24,000 bases of DNA from Pasteurellaceae bacterium RH1A (GCA_012221805.1 CP015195.1:682806-706805); one strand, 5' to 3'. Numbered from the stretch's first letter, positions 9,139 through 16,771 are shown. The notes: generated by a model not told the origin, from the sequence alone. Translations and numbers: made by a program.

Positions 9139-11610
9139 ATGTCTGCATTTTTAGCTTTTTACCGTAAAGCCCTAAACTTCCCCCTCTCCTTGTTGGTGAA
9201 ATCCCGTGCCATTCCAACCGATCCTGTGGCGGAATTGGGCCTTAACCTTGAGCAGCCCATTATCTATGTGCTGCCTTATACCTCCCAAACCGATCTGCTT
9301 ATCCTGCAAAAGCACTGTGCAGCCCTTAATTTGCCTGATCCCCTGGCCAATAATGAGATCGAGGGCCAATCCCTGCCACGTTTTGTCTTTTTAGATGAAG
9401 GCCGCCGCTTTTTTAAATCCAAGGGGGCGAAAAGCGAAACGGAAAAGCTCTTTTATCGTTATTTAGACTTGCACCGCAGCCTGCCTGATCTGGATGTGCA
9501 ACTGGTGCCAGTGTCGGTCTTGTGGGGGCGTTTCCCTGGCAAGGAAGGGGCACCAGATTTACGCTTTTTAGGCTTTTTCCAGCGTTTGGTGACCATGGTT
9601 TGGTTTGGGCGGGATAATTTTATCCGCTTCTCCCAGGCTCTTTCCCTGCGTTTTATGGTGGAGAAACACGGGGCGGACGAAAAAATCGCCCAAAAACTCT
9701 CCCGTGTGGCCAAAATGCACTTTGCCAAGCAACGTTATTCTGCCACAGGGCCAAAATTGCCCAACCGTCAGGCCATGTTTAACAAGCTCTTGCAATCGCC
9801 TGCCATTTTAGCGGCCATTGACGATGAGGCCAGAAAGCCGAAAAGCTCGCCTGAAAAAGCCCGCAAAGAAGCAGAAAAAATCCTCAAAGAAATTGCCGCT
9901 GATGTCCGCCACGACAGCCTGCGCATGGCCGACCGTTTCCTAAGCTGGCTCTGGAACAAGCTCTATCAGGGCATCAATGTGCAAAACGGCGACCGAGTAC
10001 GCAAGCTGGCCCTAGAAGGCCACGAGATTGTCTATGTGCCCTGCCACCGCAGCCACATGGACTACCTCTTGCTCTCCTACATTCTCTACCATCAAGGCCT
10101 AGTGCCGCCGCATATTGCCGCGGGCATTAACCTCAATTTCTGGCCTGCCGGCCCGCTCTTCCGCAGTTGGGGAGCCTTCTTCCTGCGCCGCACCTTCAAG
10201 GGTAACCGCCTCTATTCCACTATTTTCCGAGAATATTTGGCTGAACTCTTCTACCGTGGCTATTCGGTGGAATATTTTATTGAGGGCGGCCGCTCACGCA
10301 CAGGCCGTCTCTTAGAGCCGAAAACGGGCATGATGTCCATGACCCTCCAGGCCCTGCAACGTGGTTTGACCCGCCCTATCAGCATTGTGCCAGTCTATAT
10401 TGGCTATGAACATGTGCTGGAGGTGGACACCTATGCCAAGGAATTGCGTGGGGCAGAGAAAGAGAAAGAAAATGCCGGCCTGGTCTTCCGTGTGATCAAA
10501 AAATTACGCAATCTTGGCCAGGGCTTTGTGAATTTTGGTGAGCCGATTGCGGTCAATCACTACCTCAACGAGCATTTCCCAGAATGGAAACATGTCACCG
10601 AAGACAGCCGTCCGAAATGGCTGGGCGATGCGGTTGAACAGGTGGCGCATACGGTGATGATCAACATCAACAAGGCTGCGGCCGTCAATGCTAAAAATTT
10701 AGTGGGATCGGCACTTTTAGCCTCCCGCCAGCGCTCGCTCACCCGTGAGCAGTTGCTCGAACAGCTCGACAGCTATATGCAGCTCTTTAAAAACGTGCCT
10801 TATTCCCAGGATATGACCGTGCCTGCTGACAGTGCTGAGGCCATGTTGGAGCACGTTCTTCAGTTGCCTCGCTCGGGCGTCTTGTCTGAAAAGGACAGCT
10901 TCGGCGAAATCATCCGCCTCGATCGCCAGTCGGCCGTACTCATGACCTATTACCGCAACAACATCCAGCATCTCTTTGTGCTGCCGTCCTTGGTGGCCAG
11001 CATTGTCCTGCACCATGAAGCGGTATCGAAGGATTTTGTTATCCAGTCTGTTAGTAAGATTTATCCTTTCCTCAAGGCGGAACTCTTTTTGCATTTTAGT
11101 GAGACCGAAGTCCGCCCGCAAATTGAGGCCATTATTAGTGAATTTACCCGCCAGAACCTGATCAAAAATGAAAGCGATATGCTTATGATCAACCGCTCTC
11201 GAGTGCGTTCTTTACAGCTTCATTCAGCCGGCGTGCGGGAAATCCTGCAACGTTACTACATCAGCCTCAATGTCCTTTTAGACCAGCCAGATATTAGCCG
11301 TAATGAACTGGAAAAAGAAAGCCGTTCCATTGCCCAGCGTTTGTCTGTCCTGCACGGCATCAACGCTCCAGAATTCTTCGACAAGGCACTCTTCTCCACC
11401 TTCAGCAACAGCCTCAAATCTCAGGGCTACTTTGATGAAGAGGGCAATGCCATCTTGGCCAAGGTGCAAGATGTGGACACTCTCTTAAAGGGCCTAATTT
11501 CCATTGAAATCCAACTGACCGTACAAGGAGCCATGGCAAAGCCTGAACGGGTTGAGGAAGTGAAGGCTGAAGAAGAAAAGGAAGAAAAAGAGGATCAACA
11601 AGCGGTTTAA
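9139..11610 (+). CDS. plsB: Glycerol-3-phosphate 1-O-acyltransferase PlsB
   Basis: 823 aa. Acyltransferase HX4D motif [13 protein letters not shown], plus [12 protein letters not shown]. It is divergent from lexA, as in enterobacterial and Pasteurellaceae genomes. It ends in an acidic tail. Confidence 0.95.
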   Translation: MSAFLAFYRKALNFPLSLLVKSRAIPTDPVAELGLNLEQPIIYVLPYTSQTDLLILQKHCAALNLPDPLANNEIEGQSLPRFVFLDEGRRFFKSKGAKSETEKLFYRYLDLHRSLPDLDVQLVPVSVLWGRFPGKEGAPDLRFLGFFQRLVTMVWFGRDNFIRFSQALSLRFMVEKHGADEKIAQKLSRVAKMHFAKQRYSATGPKLPNRQAMFNKLLQSPAILAAIDDEARKPKSSPEKARKEAEKILKEIAADVRHDSLRMADRFLSWLWNKLYQGINVQNGDRVRKLALEGHEIVYVPCHRSHMDYLLLSYILYHQGLVPPHIAAGINLNFWPAGPLFRSWGAFFLRRTFKGNRLYSTIFREYLAELFYRGYSVEYFIEGGRSRTGRLLEPKTGMMSMTLQALQRGLTRPISIVPVYIGYEHVLEVDTYAKELRGAEKEKENAGLVFRVIKKLRNLGQGFVNFGEPIAVNHYLNEHFPEWKHVTEDSRPKWLGDAVEQVAHTVMININKAAAVNAKNLVGSALLASRQRSLTREQLLEQLDSYMQLFKNVPYSQDMTVPADSAEAMLEHVLQLPRSGVLSEKDSFGEIIRLDRQSAVLMTYYRNNIQHLFVLPSLVASIVLHHEAVSKDFVIQSVSKIYPFLKAELFLHFSETEVRPQIEAIISEFTRQNLIKNESDMLMINRSRVRSLQLHSAGVREILQRYYISLNVLLDQPDISRNELEKESRSIAQRLSVLHGINAPEFFDKALFSTFSNSLKSQGYFDEEGNAILAKVQDVDTLLKGLISIEIQLTVQGAMAKPERVEEVKAEEEKEEKEDQQAV
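11598..11606 (+). other. DNA uptake signal sequence overlapping the 3' end of plsB
   Basis: Exact ACAAGCGGT, 2 nt before the TAA stop. An 8/9 reverse copy (ACCGCTTGC, 11647-11655) sits inside the following terminator. Confidence 0.65.
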
Positions 11611-11631
11611 GAATCCGCAAAATTTGCAAAA

Positions 11632-11664
11632 ATCCCCGCAAAATTAACCGCTTGCGGGGATTTT
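11632..11664 (+). terminator. Rho-independent terminator of plsB
   Basis: 10-bp stem ATCCCCGCAA / TTGCGGGGAT, a 10-nt loop, then TTTTC. Confidence 0.7.
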
Positions 11665-11794
11665 CTATATACCCCAACCCCGTCAAATACCTCCACATTT
11701 TGTGTCAGATCATGTCGCAAGCCCCTTGGCTAATTTGATCTAAAACAAGCCTTCATCTGCTAGCTGACGATTTTTCCTGCAATCATTCTACCTG

Positions 11795-11823
11795 TTGTTG
11801 TGCAAAAAAAAACAATATATAAT
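11795..11823 (+). promoter_or_regulatory. Candidate sigma70 promoter with an A9 tract in the spacer
   Basis: TTGTTG, then a 17-nt spacer (TGCAAAAAAAAACAATA), then a perfect TATAAT. It lies at the left edge of the AT-rich islet and has no ORF directly downstream. Confidence 0.3.
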
Positions 11824-11998
11824 CAAAAATTAAGCGAACAATGGAGCAATTTTTGAGTTTTTACGTTCCTAAAACTGTATAAAAACCAGCCAATTTATAA
11901 GAAGAAAAGTTTGTTTTGTCTCTATTTTTGCTTGTTTTTTAAGCAGTAAGGCTGGGCAGCTTTTAGGTTTATTTGGCAGGTTTTTCATTCCGATCTTT

Positions 11999-12039
11999 AA
12001 AGCCACCAATAACCTTATCTCTTATTTGGTGGCTTTTTT
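11999..12039 (+). terminator. Rho-independent terminator-like hairpin in the islet leader
   Basis: 11-bp stem AAAGCCACCAA / TTGGTGGCTTT, a 16-nt loop, and a T6 run. No annotated gene lies upstream of it. Confidence 0.5.
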
Positions 12040-12334
12040 ATGTTTGTTTGCTGATGTGTGAAATTTTTGTTTAACGCTTAATAAGGAGCATTTTATGTCG
12101 CAAATGAGTTTAAGAAGTGGCTGAATTTGTCAGTTTAATGAACTAAAACCACAAAAGTGGTGCTAATTCCAGCCATACTTAATTTTATGATGAGCGTGAA
12201 ATAAAGCACTAAATTTGGTGCAACGTTTTTTGATTATTTGGCGGACGTTTTGTTTAACAGTTTCGCTTGCTTAAAGGAAGAGTCCTTCTCTTCTCGCCAA
12301 AGAATCTCACTATTACCTAAATAAGGAAATCTAA

Positions 12335-13492
12335 ATGAAAAAGAAACTTTTAACCTTACTATTGTCACTTTCTTGTGTTCCTTCTGCGTTGGCAGATGAT
12401 GCTTTTTTTAGCCTAGAATTGAGTAAAGGCGGGAGTCCTATATTCCTTCAGCAAGGGCAACAAGCATCTGGTCTAAAAATGATTGCATTACAGGGATTTA
12501 AACTATCTAATATCGCCATTAATTCAGGCCAATGCCCATTGGCATTTGGTTATAGCGCTCAAAGCACATTTTCTCAATATAGTGATTTTCTTGCTGAATT
12601 TAGGAAAAACTCTTTAACAATAAAACCAAAACAGGAAGTATCTTTCTATTTTGGTTGTGGTTTAGATGAGACAGATGAAATTACTATTACCACAGATAAA
12701 GGTATTCAACAAGTGACCTTTGATTCCAATAATAAACCAATCAGCACAATTAAACCTCTTTCAGAGAAGGCGACAGCTTTTGAGAAAAAAGCTGAAACTA
12801 AGCCACTGAATGAACTTTATCGAGTTTCTAATTACACTTGCTATCAAGATAAAGATCAAGCTGGCGAAGTGGCTGAATATTGTACCCCATTAATGATAAC
12901 AGATCGTGCAGACTTTGATTTACCCTTAGGTCGATTTATGTCAAAGCCTTTATTTGCGATGCGTGCGCAAGAGAAAGCTAGATGGGCAAGATATATTGAA
13001 CATGCCGAAACGATTCCAAGTGAATTACCAAAATTTAAAGCGAAAAAACTTCCTGAGGTATCAGAACCTCCATTTAGTGGCACTATTACAGCACAACCTC
13101 ACCCAGAAAATTCATTACGTTTGGCAGAAAGAGGCTTAAACTCAGCAATTAGCTTTTATGAGTCTAGTTTGTTAGAGTTTATTAGAATAAAAATTAAAGT
13201 GGCAGAAATGGAGAATGAACTGGAAAAAGCGCAGCAAGAATTAGCCAAAGTGAAGAAAGCCTTGAAAAGTAACTCTTCGGAGCGTTTACAGCGCCGTGCA
13301 CAAACATTAGAAGAGAGTATTTATGGCTTTTTCGGTTATTTGGCCAAGTTAGAAATTTATGCGACTGAGTTAACTAACAAAGAAAAGAGCTTTAGTGAGT
13401 ATAAACAAAGAATAGAAAAAGCACAACAGGAAGTGATATATAAAAGGCAAGTGTGGAAAGAATCGGAAAAATCCGCAGAAACTAATCAATAA
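12335..13492 (+). CDS. Hypothetical exported protein (signal peptide or possible lipoprotein) with a C-terminal coiled coil
   Basis: SD AAGGA 8 nt upstream. The N-terminus MKKKLLTLLLSLSCVPSALA|DD has a possible lipobox LSLSC or an AXA SPase I site. There are four further Cys residues in the N-terminal two-thirds. The last 115 aa or so are heptad-like and rich in E/K/Q (ENELEKAQQELAKVKKALK...KQRIEKAQQEV). AT-rich codon usage. I recognise no family. Confidence 0.75.
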   Translation: MKKKLLTLLLSLSCVPSALADDAFFSLELSKGGSPIFLQQGQQASGLKMIALQGFKLSNIAINSGQCPLAFGYSAQSTFSQYSDFLAEFRKNSLTIKPKQEVSFYFGCGLDETDEITITTDKGIQQVTFDSNNKPISTIKPLSEKATAFEKKAETKPLNELYRVSNYTCYQDKDQAGEVAEYCTPLMITDRADFDLPLGRFMSKPLFAMRAQEKARWARYIEHAETIPSELPKFKAKKLPEVSEPPFSGTITAQPHPENSLRLAERGLNSAISFYESSLLEFIRIKIKVAEMENELEKAQQELAKVKKALKSNSSERLQRRAQTLEESIYGFFGYLAKLEIYATELTNKEKSFSEYKQRIEKAQQEVIYKRQVWKESEKSAETNQ

Positions 13493-13495
13493 ACA

Positions 13496-13531
13496 ATCTA
13501 TTGAATGTCGTTGTATCGTCAATCAATAGAT
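13496..13531 (+). other. Intergenic hairpin between islet genes 1 and 2
   Basis: 9-bp stem ATCTATTGA / TCAATAGAT with an 18-nt loop, followed by GTTT. It could be a weak terminator or a processing or stability element. Confidence 0.35.
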
Positions 13532-13583
13532 GTTTATGTACTAACAAAAAACAAAGCATTAGTATCATTATTTTGGAGAATAT

Positions 13584-14123
13584 ATGGAAGACACCTTAGT
13601 TGCCTTAGCGAATTTATTAAACATTAAACGTTCTGATTTAGATATTAATTGGTCTTATTTTGATCTGACACCCCTTGGTGTGCCAGCTGAATATCAAAAA
13701 TGGGTCTATATTGCGGCAGTGCTTATTTATTTAATTACTATTCTTGTTCTGCATAGTAAGGAAAAAGTGACCTTCTTTTATAGCTATTTAGACATAAGCA
13801 TTGTAATTGTAACACCACTTACTTTTTTAGGACTTAACTGTGCAGTCGGTATGGAATGGCTAAGTGCGGATTTAAGTGGAAAAATTGGCTTAGGTATTTT
13901 AGTCTTTGCTCTAATTTTCCTTTGGTTTATAACCTATCGATCAAATAAGAATAGCATTATTGCTTCTTTATTTGTTTTTCCAGGAAAAATTATAGCTGGA
14001 CTCTATGCTATTATAGTATTTGGTTTAGCTTTTATTTGTTCTATGTTCGATGGTGATAGGAAAAAATATGAAAGAAGAACCACCTATAAAAAAGAATGGA
14101 TAAGGAGAGAGGAGAAACATTAG
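13584..14123 (+). CDS. Hypothetical 4-TM integral membrane protein with a basic C-terminal tail
   Basis: SD GGAGA 6 nt upstream. Hydrophobic segments fall at about aa 40-57, 63-89, 100-118 and 124-154. The tail is DGDRKKYERRTTYKKEWIRREEKH. AT-rich. I recognise no family. Confidence 0.75.
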   Translation: MEDTLVALANLLNIKRSDLDINWSYFDLTPLGVPAEYQKWVYIAAVLIYLITILVLHSKEKVTFFYSYLDISIVIVTPLTFLGLNCAVGMEWLSADLSGKIGLGILVFALIFLWFITYRSNKNSIIASLFVFPGKIIAGLYAIIVFGLAFICSMFDGDRKKYERRTTYKKEWIRREEKH

Positions 14124-14255
14124 ATCTGGGAGCAGGCTGTGCTGGCTTTCTTCTTCCTTATCGAGAGGATGAGTTTGTGATACCTGAAAAATTTGTTAAA
14201 GTTAAAAAGGATGAAGAATAATAAATAGATCAACGCATTGTCTATGTTAATTCAG

Positions 14256-14280
14256 GCCACCTAAGTTTTTAGGTGGCTTT
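14256..14280 (+). terminator. Hairpin (terminator or attenuator) immediately upstream of islet gene 3
   Basis: 9-bp stem GCCACCTAA-GTTT-TTAGGTGGC followed by TTT. Only about 25 nt separate it from the gene-3 ATG, so gene 3 is probably expressed by read-through or from a hairpin-containing leader. Confidence 0.5.
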
Positions 14281-14305
14281 CACAATATCTTACCGGGAGA
14301 TAAAA

Positions 14306-14917
14306 ATGAAAATGGAAGAACGTGTACTACCAAAACCAACCATTCAAGAAGTAGAGAAATACCTTGCTCAATGGGATACCTTTGAAAACTATACCCTACA
14401 AGAAAAGGCCTTAAATAAACTCTTCTTTGAATTATCGCCTGAAAATAAGGATGTCAGTGATATTCTGATTAAAGCCTCTAGCTTAAATGATTTTTATAGT
14501 ACCAATATTTTTTCTATTTATCCTGTGGCAAAACATATTTTAGGTATTAAAAATTTGGATAAACGCTTAAAAGCAGGTGATGAAAGTTTGGTAAATGAAT
14601 TGGCTAAAATTACTATTGGCGAAAAAAAGAAAAATTTTTATTCCTTTGCTACGAAATATTGTAGCCATCATAACCCAGAAGTCTTTCCGATTTATGATAG
14701 CTATGTTGAAAAAGTCCTTTGCTATTTTAATAAGGGTAAAGAGGATAAATTTTCAATCTTCAAAAGATCCGAGTTAAAAGACTATTCAACATTTAAGGCG
14801 GTATTATTGGATTTCCAAAAATATTTTGGTTTAGAGAAATTTAATTTGAAAGAGTTAGATCGCTATCTTTGGTTGTTGGGTAAGGAATATTTTCCTAGAG
14901 ATAACAAAAAGAATTAA
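14306..14917 (+). CDS. Hypothetical cytoplasmic protein (203 aa) with the motif FYSFATKYCSHHNPEVFPIYDSYV
   Basis: ATG 14306 is preceded by GGGAGA. The ORF-track GTG at 14273 lies inside the hairpin. There is no signal peptide or TM segment. The conserved-looking blocks LNDFYSTNIF and SFATKYCSHHNPEVFPIYDSYV recall a widespread uncharacterised family whose name and function I cannot confirm. Confidence 0.75.
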   Translation: MKMEERVLPKPTIQEVEKYLAQWDTFENYTLQEKALNKLFFELSPENKDVSDILIKASSLNDFYSTNIFSIYPVAKHILGIKNLDKRLKAGDESLVNELAKITIGEKKKNFYSFATKYCSHHNPEVFPIYDSYVEKVLCYFNKGKEDKFSIFKRSELKDYSTFKAVLLDFQKYFGLEKFNLKELDRYLWLLGKEYFPRDNKKN

Positions 14918-14961
14918 GTTGGTATTCATCTGAATTAAGGGGATTGCTGGAAGAGATTAAA

Positions 14962-14981
14962 CTCCCCTCTTTGGAGGGGAG
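14962..14981 (-). terminator. Probable terminator hairpin of yegQ
   Basis: CTCCCCTC-TTTG-GAGGGGAG lies 24 nt downstream of the yegQ stop. On the minus strand it is followed by TTTAAT. Confidence 0.5.
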
Positions 14982-15004
14982 CAGATTGAGGTAAGACAAA
15001 AGCC

Positions 15005-16372
15005 CTAGGCCTTATGCGGATTACGGGTATTCACTCCGTCAGTCAAATTCCGCATAAGCAGGGCAAAGCCCAAGTCCACATCTTCAGGCACATCTAAGAA
15101 TACAAAGTGGCCATCGCCCAGGCCGGCTTCCACTTCTTCATTCTTGCGGTTGAGCATGCGTTCGATCTTAAAGACGATATTGCCTTTCGGGGTCATCATT
15201 TCCACCTCATCACCCAGGAGGAACTTGTTCTTTACAGCCACTTCGGCCATGCCTTGAGCATTGCGGTTGCCAGTAAATTCGCCCACAAACTGCTGACGGT
15301 CGGAGATGGAGTAGCCATAGTCGTAGTTTTGGTACTCATCGTGGGTGTGGCGGCGGAGGAAGCCCTCGGTGTAGCCCCGGTGGGCCAGGCTTTCCAGTGT
15401 GTCCATTAAGCTCTCATCAAAAGGCTTGCCGGCGGCCGCATCGTCAATGGCCTTGCGGTAAACCTGGGCGGTGCGGGCACAGTAGTAGAAGGACTTGGTT
15501 CGGCCCTCGATTTTAAGGGAATGTACCCCAATCTGAGCCAGTTTCTCTACGTGCTGAACGGCCCGTAAGTCCTTGGAGTTCATGATATAAGTGCCGTGCT
15601 CGTCCTCAAAGGCGGTCATTTGCTCGTCTGGCTTTTGTTGCTCGGTCAAGAGGAAAACCTTATCCGTGCTGGCTCCCTCACCCAGGGTTGGGGCCACGTT
15701 CTTGATCTCGATCCGCTCACCCTCGGGCACGATCTGGCCGACCTCATCCACCTTGCCCTCTTCCACATTGTATTCCCAGCGGCAGGCATTGGTACAGGTG
15801 CCCTGGTTGGGGTCACGCTTGTTGATATAGCTAGACAATAGGCAGCGGCCAGAATAGGCCATGCAGAGGGCCCCGTGGACGAAGATTTCAATCTCCATAT
15901 CTGGCACTTGCTCACGGATTTCAGCAATTTCGTCAATGGAGAGCTCACGGGAGAGGATAACCCGGGTCAGGCCCATCTGCTTCCAGAATTTGACCGTCGC
16001 CCAGTTGACCGCATTGGCCTGGACAGACAGGTGAATATCCATGTCCGGAAAGTGCTCCCGCACCAGCATAATCAGGCCTGGATCAGACATAATCAGGGCA
16101 TCGGGTTTCATATCCACCACGACTTGCAAGTCCTTGATAAAGGTCTTGAGCTTGGAGTTATGCGGAGCGATATTGACCACCACATAGAATTTCTTCCCCA
16201 GGGCGTGGGCCTCGTCAATGCCTATCTTGAGGTTGGCGTGGTTAAATTCATTGTTACGCACCCGCAGGCTGTAGCGAGGCTGGCCAGCATAGACCGCATC
16301 GGCCCCATAGGCAAAGGCGTAACGCATATTTTTCAGGCTCCCAGCAGGGGAGAGGAGTTCAGGTTTAAACAT
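15005..16372 (-). CDS. yegQ: Peptidase U32 family protein YegQ (TrhP, tRNA ho5U-synthesis factor)
   Basis: MFKPELLSPAGSLKNMRYAFAYGADAVYAGQPRYSLRVRNNEF is almost identical to E. coli YegQ as I recall it. U32 signature EIFVHGALCMAYSGRC. 455 aa. Confidence 0.93.
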   Translation of the reverse strand: MFKPELLSPAGSLKNMRYAFAYGADAVYAGQPRYSLRVRNNEFNHANLKIGIDEAHALGKKFYVVVNIAPHNSKLKTFIKDLQVVVDMKPDALIMSDPGLIMLVREHFPDMDIHLSVQANAVNWATVKFWKQMGLTRVILSRELSIDEIAEIREQVPDMEIEIFVHGALCMAYSGRCLLSSYINKRDPNQGTCTNACRWEYNVEEGKVDEVGQIVPEGERIEIKNVAPTLGEGASTDKVFLLTEQQKPDEQMTAFEDEHGTYIMNSKDLRAVQHVEKLAQIGVHSLKIEGRTKSFYYCARTAQVYRKAIDDAAAGKPFDESLMDTLESLAHRGYTEGFLRRHTHDEYQNYDYGYSISDRQQFVGEFTGNRNAQGMAEVAVKNKFLLGDEVEMMTPKGNIVFKIERMLNRKNEEVEAGLGDGHFVFLDVPEDVDLGFALLMRNLTDGVNTRNPHKA

Positions 16373-16444
16373 AGGTTTTCTCTTTCTGAGTTCAGGTCAG
16401 GGCTTTCTTATTTTTAGTCCTTAGAAGTCTGCATTTCTCGATCT

Positions 16445-16630
16445 GATCCCTCCTCTATAGGGCTATCAAGTTCTATTGTAGGGACGCATTGCATGCGTCC
16501 GCTACGATATAAACATAACGGATAAAATGGAATTTATTTCGTTTACGGACGCATGCAATGCGTCCCTACCAATCACGCTGAATTTATTATTTAGAACTTA
16601 ATAACCCATCTAAGCTCAAAGAGGAGGATT
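16445..16630. repeat. Composite inverted-repeat element with a perfect 23-bp IR core
   Basis: GTAGGGACGCATTGCATGCGTCC (16478-16500) and GGACGCATGCAATGCGTCCCTAC (16547-16569) are exact reverse complements. Each is also a self-hairpin (GGACGCAT-TGC-ATGCGTCC). The outer blocks (GATCCCTCCTCT against AGAGGAGGATT, and AAGTTCTA against TAGAACTT) extend the imperfect IR to about 186 bp. Confidence 0.6.
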
Positions 16631-16695
16631 TGACCGAGTGGTAAAAAGCATGCGACAAAATTAAAAATAATTTGAAAGCATAAAAAGACGCACAT

Positions 16696-16722
16696 TTTCT
16701 AGCAATTACGCCTTTCTAGCAA
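16696..16722 (+). repeat. Perfect 10-bp direct repeat TTTCTAGCAA x2 (17-nt period) upstream of cybC
   Basis: Copies at 16696-16705 and 16713-16722. A TAAAAT -10-like hexamer sits at 16736-16741, which makes this a possible operator or promoter element. Confidence 0.3.
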
Positions 16723-16771
16723 GCAATAGATGGGGTAAAATCGTTTCTTTTTTAACTGTGGGAACCAATAA

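Noticed and set aside
11875-11889. An SOS-box-like sequence, CTGTATAAAAACCAG, in the islet leader.
   Set aside because: The spacing is CTG-N9-CAG, one base short of the canonical CTG-N10-CAG seen at the genuine lexA box (8995-9010). In AT-rich DNA this is probably a chance match.
11873-12061. A 63-codon open frame encoding a very hydrophobic Phe/Leu-rich peptide across the leader and its terminator.
   Set aside because: It has no ATG and no plausible start with an SD. The hydrophobic translation is an artefact of T-rich DNA, and the frame runs straight through the terminator hairpin.
12856-13139. A minus-strand 75-aa ORF and a plus-strand 61-aa ORF inside islet gene 1.
   Set aside because: They are embedded in the longer ORF, which has an SD and a signal peptide. 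They have no start context of their own.
11752-14932. An 8-bp direct repeat, TTCATCTG, at 11752-11759 and 14925-14932, bracketing the AT-rich islet. It could be a target-site duplication.
   Set aside because: An 8-mer shared between two windows of about 100 bp is expected by chance at roughly the 10-20 percent level. There are no adjacent terminal inverted repeats or recombinase gene. I keep it only as a hint for boundary analysis.
15875-16417. A 180-aa plus-strand ORF and other ORFs (15107-15409, 15591-15841, 15646-15948) overlapping yegQ.
   Set aside because: They are antisense or off-frame to a near-perfectly conserved U32 peptidase gene and carry no independent signals.
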